From contig OZ220693.1 of assembly GCA_965116415.1 (NCBI GenBank), forward strand, positions 436,837 to 500,836: 64,000 nucleotides of DNA, read 5' to 3'. Below the pieces are notes generated by a model that had not been told where the DNA came from, searched no databases, and saw nothing but the letters and a program-made list of their open reading frames with translations. Every line of letters begins with the position of its first letter. The stretch's first letter is position 1. The stretch is from Dehalococcoidia bacterium. GTDB taxonomy: Bacteria > Chloroflexota > Dehalococcoidia > Lucifugimonadales > UBA1123. Below are positions 39,940 to 49,179 of the stretch, in pieces. The position numbers and the translations under genes are program-made.

Positions 39940-42414
39940 CTAGGTGGCCACGATGTTCACCAGGCGACCGGGCACGTAGATTACGCGGCGGACCTCTTTG
40001 CCTGCCGTGTGGGTCTTGGCTCGATCAGACTCGAGGGCCCTTGCCTTGGCGTCTTCTTCGGCGATGTCAGCCGGCACGTCTATCCGGTCCCTCAGACGAC
40101 CGTTGACCTGAACGACTAACGTGATCGTCTCGTCGGCGGCAAGCTCCGGTTCCCACTCAGGCCACGGCTGCTGGTGGATACTGAAAGACTCGCCCACTCG
40201 TTCCCAGATCTCTTCTGCAAGGAAGGGAGTTACCGGCGACATCAGCAGAGCCAAACTCCTGACGGCCTCATTCCACGCGCCTGAGTCAACTACGCCCGAG
40301 TCCCACTCCTGGCCCAGCGAGTTCGAGAACTCCATCATGGACGCGATCGCCGTGTTGAACTTAAAGCGCTCGACATCCTCCGTTACTTTCCTGATTGTCT
40401 GGTGCTGAAGGCGGCGCAGTTTCCTGACAGCGTCGGGATGCGTATCAGACTCGTCCAGTACAGAAGCATCACGGGTTGCGAGGTCCCAGACACGATTGGT
40501 CCACCGCGCCATACCGTTGATGCCGTCGTCGTTCCACTCGCCTCCGGCCTCCCACGGCCCCATGAACATCATGTAGGTGCGCACAACGTCCGTACCGACG
40601 TCGGACACGTAGGCGTCGGGGGCGATCACGTTACCCCTGGACTTGCTCATCTTCTGGTGGTTGAAGACTATCGTGCCCTGGTTCACCAGGCGGACGAATG
40701 GCTCGTCGAAGTCGAGGTATCCCAGATCGCGCAGCGCCTTGACGAAGAAACGCGCATACAGCAGATGCATGACTGCGTGCTCCACGCCGCCCGTGTACTG
40801 GTCAACGGCGCCCCACTGTCCAAGGGCGTCTGGATCGAACGGGCCGTCTTCGAAGTGAGGGCTCGCATAGCGCAGGAAGTACCAGGACGAGTCGACGAAC
40901 GTGTCCATCGTGTCGGTCTCTCGCTTGGCGGGACTGCCGCAGTCCGGACACGTCGTGTTAACGAAGCCCTCGTGAAGCGCCAGCGGAGAGTCGCCTGTCG
41001 GCAGGAACTCTGCGTCCTCGGGCAGAAGCACCGGCAGGTAAGATTCAGGAACCGGGGTCTCGCCGCACTTCTCACAGTAGACGATCGGAATGGGAGTTCC
41101 CCAGTATCGCTGCCGGCTAATGAGCCAGTCGCGCATCCTCAAGTTGACCGCGCGTTGGCCCCATCCGTTGACCTGGATGAAGTCGGCGATGCGCTCAAGC
41201 CCCTCGGCGTTGGACATGCCATCGAACTGGCCTGAATTGACCTGTGTTCCCGGTTCAATGTAGGCCTCTTCAAGGTCGGAGCCGTCCCAGTCCGGCGGTG
41301 CGATGACTGTACGGATCGGCAGACCGTACTTCTTGGCAAATTCGAAGTCGCGGACATCGTGAGCCGGAACGCCCATTACCATGCCGGTGCCGTAGCTCAG
41401 CAGGACGTAGTCTGCGACCAGGATCGGTACACGCTCGTCGTTCAACTTGTTTACCGCGAACGAGCCTGTGAAGACGCCAGTCTTCTCCTTCTCAGTAGAT
41501 AAACGCTCGATCTCCGATTGCAGTCGAGCCTGCTTGACGTATGCCTCGACCTCGTCGCGATGTTCGCTGGTTGTCAGCTTATCGACGAGAGGATGTTCAG
41601 GAGCCAGTACAATGAATGTCACGCCGAACACGGTGTCGATTCGGGTCGTAAAGGTGCGTATTGACTTCTCATCCAGACCGTACTCGGATATGTCGAAGTC
41701 GACCTCGACGCCCTCGGAGCGCCCGATCCAGTTCGTCTGCATCGTATTGATACGGTCGGGCCAGTCGATCTTGGAGTGGTCGAGCAACTCGTCGGCATAG
41801 TCGGTGATCTTGAAGAACCACTGCTCCATGTCTCTGTGGACTACAGATGTGTCGCATCGTTCGCAGAGGCCGTTGACAACCTGCTCATTGGCCAGCACCG
41901 TCTGGCACGACGGGCACCAGTTGACGGGGGCGTCCGACCTGTAGGCCAGCCCGTTCTTATAGAGCTGCAGGAAGAACCACTGGTTCCACTTGTAGTAGTC
42001 GGGCGTACAGGTGACGACCTCGCGGTCCCAGTCGTACATGGGCCCCATCGACCTGAGCTGACGCCGCATGTTCTCGATGTTGGACATAGTCCACGTATGG
42101 GGATGGATGCCGTTCTTGATGGCCGCGTTCTCGGCGTTCAGCCCGAAGGCGTCAAAGCCCATCGGATGGAGCACGTTGAAACCCTTCATTCGCATGAATC
42201 GGGCATGGACGTCGGCGCCGGTCATCGCGAACCAGTGGCCAACGTGGAGGTCTCCAGACGGATACGGGTACATGTGGAGTTCGTACCACTTCGGACGCGG
42301 GTCGTCGTCCTCGACGGTGTAGACCCCGTCTTCGTCCCAGCGATCGCTCCACCTCGTCTGCATGTCATGATGGTCGTATGACATGCGTGAACTTTGCGAT
42401 GCAGTAGTTGCCAT
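39940..42414 (-). CDS. leuS: Leucine--tRNA ligase
   Basis: MYPYPSGDLHVGH, SRQRYWGTPIP, GGVEHA, KMSKSRGN. Confidence 0.97.
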   Translation of the reverse strand: MATTASQSSRMSYDHHDMQTRWSDRWDEDGVYTVEDDDPRPKWYELHMYPYPSGDLHVGHWFAMTGADVHARFMRMKGFNVLHPMGFDAFGLNAENAAIKNGIHPHTWTMSNIENMRRQLRSMGPMYDWDREVVTCTPDYYKWNQWFFLQLYKNGLAYRSDAPVNWCPSCQTVLANEQVVNGLCERCDTSVVHRDMEQWFFKITDYADELLDHSKIDWPDRINTMQTNWIGRSEGVEVDFDISEYGLDEKSIRTFTTRIDTVFGVTFIVLAPEHPLVDKLTTSEHRDEVEAYVKQARLQSEIERLSTEKEKTGVFTGSFAVNKLNDERVPILVADYVLLSYGTGMVMGVPAHDVRDFEFAKKYGLPIRTVIAPPDWDGSDLEEAYIEPGTQVNSGQFDGMSNAEGLERIADFIQVNGWGQRAVNLRMRDWLISRQRYWGTPIPIVYCEKCGETPVPESYLPVLLPEDAEFLPTGDSPLALHEGFVNTTCPDCGSPAKRETDTMDTFVDSSWYFLRYASPHFEDGPFDPDALGQWGAVDQYTGGVEHAVMHLLYARFFVKALRDLGYLDFDEPFVRLVNQGTIVFNHQKMSKSRGNVIAPDAYVSDVGTDVVRTYMMFMGPWEAGGEWNDDGINGMARWTNRVWDLATRDASVLDESDTHPDAVRKLRRLQHQTIRKVTEDVERFKFNTAIASMMEFSNSLGQEWDSGVVDSGAWNEAVRSLALLMSPVTPFLAEEIWERVGESFSIHQQPWPEWEPELAADETITLVVQVNGRLRDRIDVPADIAEEDAKARALESDRAKTHTAGKEVRRVIYVPGRLVNIVAT

Positions 42415-42486
42415 CTGGAAACTCTCTCCGTCCGCTGGCGCCTAAAGGCTTACCACTAGCTACTTGACTCTCACACTCTTGCCAAC

Positions 42487-42733
42487 AAAAAAACCCGTCC
42501 CCATGTAAGGGACGGGACGTCGTTTCGATACCCGCGGTACCACCCTGATTTCCTACCGGCCTCGCGGAAGGACACTCACTTGGCTGTAACGGCGCTAACC
42601 GTCCGGACTTACTTGGCCAATTTCAGGCCGGAAGCTCCAGGGCGAGTTCGAGTCGGTCACTGCGCCGGGTTCTCACCTCTTCCCGGCTCTCTACGGCCGA
42701 TACCGACCTCTACTACTCCCTTTCGCAGCCTTT
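42487..42733 (-). promoter_or_regulatory. T-box riboswitch (Leu) with intrinsic terminator
   Basis: Minus strand: AGTA, AGAGAG, GGTGAGA, specifier CTG, T-box AGGGTGGTACCGCG (42533-42546), terminator CCCGTCCC..GGGACGGG followed by a T run. Confidence 0.92.
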
Positions 42734-42797
42734 AGCTATCTCAAAAACGCTAGCACAGCGTCAAAAGTTGAGTCAAGAAAACTCGTTGAAATTCGTA

Positions 42798-42825
42798 TTG
42801 CCATTTCCGAAATTTAAGTTAGAAT
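42798..42825 (+). promoter_or_regulatory. sigma70-type promoter of the demethylase cluster
   Basis: TTGCCA-N16-TAGAAT. Confidence 0.55.
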
Positions 42826-42927
42826 TTGTCGTATCGACAGGCTAATACTCGCACATACTTCCCAGCAACAGTCCACCGTAGCAAGCCAACACCGGTTTCG
42901 ACTCACCACATACGAGGGACAATTGAG

Positions 42928-45396
42928 ATGGCCGACATCAAGTTGCCGGACAGGGCGAGGGCCGTAATCGTCGGCGCAGGCATCGCAGGATGCAGCGTCG
43001 CCTACCACTTGACGAAACTCGGCTGGCGTGACGTAGTCGTCGTCGACCAGGGACCACTCTACGAGACAGGCGGCTCCACTTCTCATGCTCCAGGTCTCGT
43101 CTTTCAGCTCAACGCGTCGAAGACCATGACCAACTTCGCGAGCTACACCGTTGGTCTGTGGAAGCAATTGGAGTTGGACGGAGAACCTTGCGTTAATCCA
43201 GTCGGCAGCCTGGAGGTTGCCTGGACTGACGAGCGGCTCGCCGATCTGAAACGCAAGGCCGGGTACGGAATGAGCTGGGGGGTCGAGGGCCACGTGATCA
43301 GCCCCGGCGAAGCCCGTGAAATGATCCCGATGCTGTCTGATCGCATCAAGGGCGCGCTGTACGTGCCCTCTGACATTCAGACTCGGCCAACGCGCCCCGC
43401 AGAGGCAATGGCAAAATGTGCAGAGCAGAGAGGCGCCTCCATCTTCGGCAATGTCGAGGTCACTGGTTTCGGCATGGAGAACGGTCGCGTCACTGCGGTG
43501 CAGACGTCACAGGGGGATGTGGAGACAGAGTTGGTCGTAGCAGCTGCGGGGATCTGGGCGCCGAAGCTAGGCGGTATGGCAGGTGTCTCGATTCCGCTGT
43601 CCCCGATGGAGCACCTGTACGCTGTTACGACTCCCCTACCCGGTCTGGCTGGCGCCAAGGAGGAGGTCACCCAACCGCTACTTCGCCATCAGGACCATTC
43701 AATGTACTTCCGCCAGGTTGGCGAGAGCTACGGCATCGGGTCGTACAACCACGAGCCACTACTCGTCGATGCCAGCGAGATTCTCTCCCACGACGAGGCT
43801 CCGATCGCTCCCGCGGAAACTGAGTTCACGCCTGAGCACTTCGAAAAGGCCATTGCATCGGCCGGCGAAATACTGCCAGCCCTCAAGAATGTCGGATTGA
43901 CCCGCAAGTTCAACGGCATGTTCTCGTTCACTCCCGACGGGTTTCCGATTCTCGGCGAGTCTCCCAGCCTCAGGGGATTCTGGTCGGCGCAGGCAGTGTG
44001 GATCACACACGCCGGTGGAGTCGGGAAAGCGGTTGCCGAGTGGATCGTCAATGGAGAACCGACAACAGACCTCCACGAGTGCGACATCCGAAGATTCCAC
44101 CCCCATGCGTTCAGCCGTCCCTACGTCAAGACAAGAGCGGCCCAGCAGTACCGCGAGGTGTACGACATCATCCACCCTCGCCAGCAAATCGAGGAACCCA
44201 GGAACGTAAGGGTGACGCCCTTCTACGCACGACAGAAGGAGCTCGGGGCCGTCTTCTTTGAAAGCGCGGGTTGGGAGAGGCCACAGTGGTACGACACCAA
44301 CGAGGGCCTGCTTGACTCACTGACCGTCGCTGGCGAATCAAGAACAGGCTGGGAAGCCCGCGAGTGGTCTCCAACCGTGGCAGCAGAGCACGTCGCAACT
44401 CGCGAACGCGTCGCGATGTTCGACCTGACCCCATTCGCCAAGTTCGAAGTCTCCGGACCGAATGCGCTCAAGGGGCTTCAACGGCTTGCTGCCAATCAGA
44501 TGAACAAGCCTGTGGGAACGATAACCTACACGCCAATGCTCACGCCCTCCGGCGGAATGAAGTGCGACCTTACCATTACTCGGCTCGCGGAAGACCGCTT
44601 CATGGTGGTTACAGGCGGCGGAATGGGCCTTCATGACCTGCACTGGATCGAGTCCCACCTTCCTAATGACGGCTCTGTAACTGTCAAGGACATCTCGTCA
44701 GGCTCGTGCTGCATTGGGCTGTGGGGTCCACGGGCGCGAGACCTATTGAGCCTGGTGTGCGACGATGATCTGTCCAATGATGGCTTCCCGTACATGACCG
44801 CAAGGCAAATCAGTATTGCCGAAGTGCCGGCACTTGCGCTCCGCATCTCGTACGTCGGAGAACTCGGCTGGGAGATATACACTCCCAGCGAACACGGCCT
44901 ACGGCTCTGGGACGTGCTCTGGGAGGCCGGACAGCCACTTGGTGTAATAGCTGCCGGTGGAGGAGCATTCGACTCGCTGAGACTGGAAAAGGGATACCGG
45001 TTGTGGGGCAACGACATCCACACCGAATACAACCCGTATGAGGCCGGGACGGGATTCGCGGTGAGGATGAGAAAGGGAGCGTTCATAGGAAGGGACGCCC
45101 TCAGAGAGGTCCGCGCAGAAGGCGTGGAGCGCAAGCTCTGCTGCATCACGTTGGACGACCCTGACGCCGTAGTCACAGGTAAGGAACCGATCGTCGACGG
45201 CGACGAAGTACTCGGCTATGTGACGAGCGCGAACTACGGGCACTCCATAGGACGTGGCATCGTGTACGGCTACCTACCCGTCAGCCACGCTGACGCTGGA
45301 ACGAGTGTTGACGTGGTCTACTTTGGAGAACGGCTCCAGGCCACTGTGGCCCAGGAGCCTCTGTATGACCCAAGCGGCGCGAAGATGAAGGTGTAA
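42928..45396 (+). CDS. Dimethylglycine oxidase/dehydrogenase-like FAD + GcvT (THF-binding) protein
   Basis: VGAGIAG, GGSTSHAPG (flavinylation His), FSFTPDG, WERP.W, RISYVGELGWE, SLRLEKGY; ATG at 42928. Confidence 0.9.
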   Translation: MADIKLPDRARAVIVGAGIAGCSVAYHLTKLGWRDVVVVDQGPLYETGGSTSHAPGLVFQLNASKTMTNFASYTVGLWKQLELDGEPCVNPVGSLEVAWTDERLADLKRKAGYGMSWGVEGHVISPGEAREMIPMLSDRIKGALYVPSDIQTRPTRPAEAMAKCAEQRGASIFGNVEVTGFGMENGRVTAVQTSQGDVETELVVAAAGIWAPKLGGMAGVSIPLSPMEHLYAVTTPLPGLAGAKEEVTQPLLRHQDHSMYFRQVGESYGIGSYNHEPLLVDASEILSHDEAPIAPAETEFTPEHFEKAIASAGEILPALKNVGLTRKFNGMFSFTPDGFPILGESPSLRGFWSAQAVWITHAGGVGKAVAEWIVNGEPTTDLHECDIRRFHPHAFSRPYVKTRAAQQYREVYDIIHPRQQIEEPRNVRVTPFYARQKELGAVFFESAGWERPQWYDTNEGLLDSLTVAGESRTGWEAREWSPTVAAEHVATRERVAMFDLTPFAKFEVSGPNALKGLQRLAANQMNKPVGTITYTPMLTPSGGMKCDLTITRLAEDRFMVVTGGGMGLHDLHWIESHLPNDGSVTVKDISSGSCCIGLWGPRARDLLSLVCDDDLSNDGFPYMTARQISIAEVPALALRISYVGELGWEIYTPSEHGLRLWDVLWEAGQPLGVIAAGGGAFDSLRLEKGYRLWGNDIHTEYNPYEAGTGFAVRMRKGAFIGRDALREVRAEGVERKLCCITLDDPDAVVTGKEPIVDGDEVLGYVTSANYGHSIGRGIVYGYLPVSHADAGTSVDVVYFGERLQATVAQEPLYDPSGAKMKV

Positions 45397-45522
45397 AGTC
45401 AATTTCAAGGAGTACGGGGCTGTAGATGGGGTCGTACGGATCCGTTCCGATCTCCCGTACGTAGGGTCAGTGAGTTGGAACTCGCACTCCGAGTTCAGAA
45501 GTTGTGGCAGGAGGTGGTCTCG

Positions 45523-46773
45523 GTGGTCAAGTCGATAAGCCACACGGTAACAAGACCAGGACGACGCCCAGGCGATTCCAATGTCAACATACCGGTCCCC
45601 ACTGATCTCGCCACAGTACCCGGCATTCCACAAAGGCCGGTTGACGTGGCGTTCTACAGCAGAGAGCACCCGCTGGAGTCTCAGGCAGTCTACAAATCCG
45701 CCGATCGCCAGTGGGCGGTTATCCACCAGTCGAAGGACATCGACGAATTCAGAACAGGTCACGACGAACGAATGGAGCCGATGTACCAGGAGGGCCTGGT
45801 ATCCGGCGACGTCGAGCCGACAGGCACGCCCATTTCGGGCGAAGACTTGACCGATGAAATTCGCCAGTTTGCACGAGACCTTGGTTTCGGAGAAGTAGGC
45901 TTCGCCAAACACGACCGTCACTACACCTACACTGGCAAGAAACGCTGGGCAAAGTTCGAACACGCCATCTGTCTGGCTTACGAGCAGGACTACCGAATGA
46001 CGCAGTCGGGGCCGAGTCCCGAGGCTGACCAGGCGCGATTCGAGACCTACGAGTTCGAGCAGGCCGGATGTCTGAAGCTGGCTGAGTTCATCAGGGGCAG
46101 GGGTTACCGAGCGCAGGTCCACGATGGATACGATTGCAGCGGGCCTTACATACCCATGTTCGTTGAGGCGGGGCTTGGACAGCTCGGTGCGAACGGCCAA
46201 CTGTTGTCGCCGCACTTTGGGTCGCGGGCGAGGCTGATGCTCGTCACTACCGACGCCCCCGTCACCTACGACGGGCCTGAAGACTACGGCATCCACAAGT
46301 TCTGCCAGGAGTGCCAGGTCTGCGTCAATCGCTGCCCCGGAAGGGCCTTGACGCGAGACAAGGTCTGGTGGCGAGGGGTTGAAAAGAACAAGCTCATCTA
46401 CGAGCGGTGCCGGCCCATCATGATCACCTACCACGGCTGCGCGGTCTGCATGATCGTCTGTCCCGTCCAACGCTACGGGATGAAGCCCGTGATGGAGCAC
46501 TATGTTGAGACAGGGAAAGTGCTCGGCAAGGGCACGGAGAACCTCGAAGGATACCCGTTGAAGGGCAAGGGTCACTTCGGCCCTGGCGAATTACCGAGCT
46601 TCAAGAGGGACTTCTTCGAAATCCCACACGGGCGTGAAGAAGACTGGCTCTTCGAGAGATTCAAAGAGAAACTGCGTTCATCCGGTGTTCCGGCCGAGTC
46701 TGAACTGCTAGAATTCGCGACCGACGTTAAGAGAGTGCTCGACAAGGGTGAAACGACATATGACATAGCTTGA
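45523..46773 (+). CDS. Reductive dehalogenase / QueG-like Fe-S (probably cobamide-binding) protein, no Tat signal
   Basis: AGLGQLGANG..LSPHFGSRARL..VTTD, FCQECQVCVNRCP, C...CAVCMIVCP; GTG at 45523 after AGGAGG. Confidence 0.8.
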   Translation: MVKSISHTVTRPGRRPGDSNVNIPVPTDLATVPGIPQRPVDVAFYSREHPLESQAVYKSADRQWAVIHQSKDIDEFRTGHDERMEPMYQEGLVSGDVEPTGTPISGEDLTDEIRQFARDLGFGEVGFAKHDRHYTYTGKKRWAKFEHAICLAYEQDYRMTQSGPSPEADQARFETYEFEQAGCLKLAEFIRGRGYRAQVHDGYDCSGPYIPMFVEAGLGQLGANGQLLSPHFGSRARLMLVTTDAPVTYDGPEDYGIHKFCQECQVCVNRCPGRALTRDKVWWRGVEKNKLIYERCRPIMITYHGCAVCMIVCPVQRYGMKPVMEHYVETGKVLGKGTENLEGYPLKGKGHFGPGELPSFKRDFFEIPHGREEDWLFERFKEKLRSSGVPAESELLEFATDVKRVLDKGETTYDIA

Positions 46774-46800
46774 GAACTCTCGTGAGTTAACCGTTGGATT

Positions 46801-47685
46801 GTGGAGGCTCGATTGCAGACGTTTTCTGAATCACTGAAGTCCGGTAAGTTCGTAGTTACAACTGAGCTGAACCCCCCAAAGGGTACAGACCTTCGTAGGC
46901 TGTTCAGGGAAGCCGATGCCCTCAGTGGCATGGTGGACGCATTCAACCTTACGGACTCTCCAGGAGCCAACATGTCAATGGCTCCCATAGCAGCAGCCCA
47001 CTTGATGCGGGACCGCGAAATTGAGCCCATTTTGCAAGTGACGGGGCGTGACCGTAATCGCATTGCCATTGAGGGGGAAATACTAGCGGCCGCCGCGCTG
47101 GGGGTTACAAACGTTCTCTGCATGAGCGGCGACCCTCCCGGGCGTGGGGATCACCCGGACGCCGTGGGAGTCTTCGACCTCAGGGCCGAAACGCTGCTCG
47201 AGGCCGTCTCTTCGATGAACTCTGGAACCGACATGTACGGCAACGACCTAAGGGGAACCCCGTCGATCCTCGCTGGAGCCGTTGCCAATCCGGGCGCTGA
47301 CGACCTGGACGTCGAGCTTGCCCGCATGGAGGAGAAGGTCCGCATGGGAGCGTCCTTCTTCCAGACACAGGCTGTTTACGACGCGGCAGCGTTCGAGACG
47401 TTCATGGAGACCGCCAGGGGATTCGGGGTCCCCGTGCTGGCAGGCATGATCGTCCTGAAATCGGCGCGAATGGCGAGGTTCCTGGACGCGAATCTGCCCG
47501 GTGTATCTGTGCCTGACAGCATCATCGAGGAAATGGATTCAGCGGATGTCCCTGCTGAGACCAGCATCGAAATCACATCCCGCCTCATCAGCGATGTACG
47601 CGACATGTGCGACGGTACGCACATCATGGCTATCGGATGGGAGTCCCGCATTCCTGAGATTCTGGAGAAATCCCGCCTGAACTAA
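46801..47685 (+). CDS. metF: Methylenetetrahydrofolate reductase
   Basis: ELNPPKG, NLTD, TGRDRN, GDPP, K..GA.FFQTQ. Confidence 0.88.
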   Translation: MEARLQTFSESLKSGKFVVTTELNPPKGTDLRRLFREADALSGMVDAFNLTDSPGANMSMAPIAAAHLMRDREIEPILQVTGRDRNRIAIEGEILAAAALGVTNVLCMSGDPPGRGDHPDAVGVFDLRAETLLEAVSSMNSGTDMYGNDLRGTPSILAGAVANPGADDLDVELARMEEKVRMGASFFQTQAVYDAAAFETFMETARGFGVPVLAGMIVLKSARMARFLDANLPGVSVPDSIIEEMDSADVPAETSIEITSRLISDVRDMCDGTHIMAIGWESRIPEILEKSRLN

Positions 47686-47873
47686 TTGTCATCGCCCACG
47701 GCGACTGAGGAATCTCTACTGCTTACTGTTCAAGAAAGGCGTGTGGGGTCTTGCGCCTGGCACGCCAGCTTTCGGTTCCATCCCGGCAAGTGAAAGGAGG
47801 CTAATCTGCATAAATCACATAGCGGAATTACTTAAGGTTGTCGGATTAAGGCTGAACAACTGGAGGACAGATA

Positions 47874-49124
47874 ATGGGGGAAACTCTAGTTATTGGCGGT
47901 CTCAAGAATAGGATCTTGCCTGTTAACCTTAGGCAGAGCGGAAACAGCGACGCGAAGATGCTCATTTCAACGCGCGTTAGGAAGTCTCCGTGGTGGCACA
48001 TGTCGAAGGCTGCAGGCTGCTGGGCATACACGGTTTATAACCACCTGTATCACCCTCGGGCGTACATCAAGCCGGAAGACGGCGGCCTGATGGCCGAGTA
48101 CGATACATTGACGAATCATGTGAGTATGTGGGACGTTGCGGTCGAACGACAGATCCAAGTCAAAGGACCTGACGCAGCCGCCTTTGTAGACTACCTGATC
48201 ACCCGCGACGTGTATGAGCGTGTCCCACCCATGCAGGCCCGCTATGTGATCCTGTGCAACCAGTACGGCGGCATAATCAACGATCCAGTGCTCCTGCGTG
48301 TGGCAGAGGACGAATTCTGGTTCAGCATCTCAGACTCTGATGTCCTCCTGTGGGCCCAGGGTGTCAACTCCACGGGCAGATTCAATGTGGACGTCCATGA
48401 GATAGACGTGTCGCCTGTCCAGATCCAGGGACCCAAGTCGGTTGATCTTCTTGAAAAGATGGTCGGCTCCCATGTTAGGGAGATCCCCTACTACGGACTG
48501 GTCCACGACAAGGTGAACGGCTATCCCGTCACAATCTCGCGCACGGGCTTCTCCGCTGAGGTCGGATTCGAGATCTACCTTCACAACGCGATGCTCTACT
48601 CGGACGAAATCTGGCCTTACATCATGGAACAGGGTGAGGAGTTCAACCTCGGTGTTATCGCGCCAAGCCACATCCGTAGACTGGAAGCGGGGATTCTCTC
48701 CTACGGCCAGGATATGGACATCGAGAGCAACCCTTTCGAGGTCCGACTCGGCTGGCAGGTGGACCTGCAAAAGGGAGACTATATCGGAAGAGAAGCGCTA
48801 GTACGAATCAAGGAAGAGGGTGTCCAGCAGCGGCTGGTCGGACTGCGTGTCGGAGGCGAACCCATCACCTGGTACAACGAGGACTTTTACCTCGTGAAAG
48901 ACAGGGACTCCGGCGCCGATGTGGGCTATGTCACGAGCGCCTTCTGGTCGCCAAGCCTGGGTTCAAACATCGCCCTCGCGGTGATGCCTCGATCACACTG
49001 GAGGCGCGGCACCGAGGTCATGGTACAGCTTCCGAAGGACGGCATCGTAGGTGCACAGGTAGTACGGGTGCCCTTTGTCGACCCGACCAAGGAACTCCCC
49101 AAGCTTGCTCTCGCGGCGGTCTGA
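47874..49124 (+). CDS. GcvT-family THF-dependent methyltransferase, DmdA (DMSP demethylase)-like
   Basis: R.RKSP, YTVYNH..HP, WDVAVERQ, NDPVLLR, FWFSISDSD, QIQGPKS, SRTGFS.E.GFEIY, RRLEAG.LSYG.D. Confidence 0.8.
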   Translation: MGETLVIGGLKNRILPVNLRQSGNSDAKMLISTRVRKSPWWHMSKAAGCWAYTVYNHLYHPRAYIKPEDGGLMAEYDTLTNHVSMWDVAVERQIQVKGPDAAAFVDYLITRDVYERVPPMQARYVILCNQYGGIINDPVLLRVAEDEFWFSISDSDVLLWAQGVNSTGRFNVDVHEIDVSPVQIQGPKSVDLLEKMVGSHVREIPYYGLVHDKVNGYPVTISRTGFSAEVGFEIYLHNAMLYSDEIWPYIMEQGEEFNLGVIAPSHIRRLEAGILSYGQDMDIESNPFEVRLGWQVDLQKGDYIGREALVRIKEEGVQQRLVGLRVGGEPITWYNEDFYLVKDRDSGADVGYVTSAFWSPSLGSNIALAVMPRSHWRRGTEVMVQLPKDGIVGAQVVRVPFVDPTKELPKLALAAV

Positions 49125-49142
49125 TAAGCAGACAGTTGATCC

Positions 49143-49174
49143 GGGGACGGTGGCCAGTCTACTGCCCCGTCCCC
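49143..49174. terminator. Hairpin between convergent genes
   Basis: GGGGACGG...CCGTCCCC. Confidence 0.5.
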
Positions 49175-49179
49175 AACGT

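Noticed and set aside
45274-46575. 433-aa antisense ORF, and similar long shadows at 25154-26347, 11748-12794 and 57891-58994
   Set aside because: Expected in high-GC coding DNA; each overlaps a well-supported gene on the opposite strand
47727-47860. Possible SAM-I-like riboswitch upstream of the DmdA-like gene (TTCAAGA..., CCCGGCAAG, GGAGGCTAA)
   Set aside because: The context fits, but the core motifs (ATC..GAG, GCAACC, GTGC, AGAT) are not properly matched and P3 cannot be built. cmscan would be needed.
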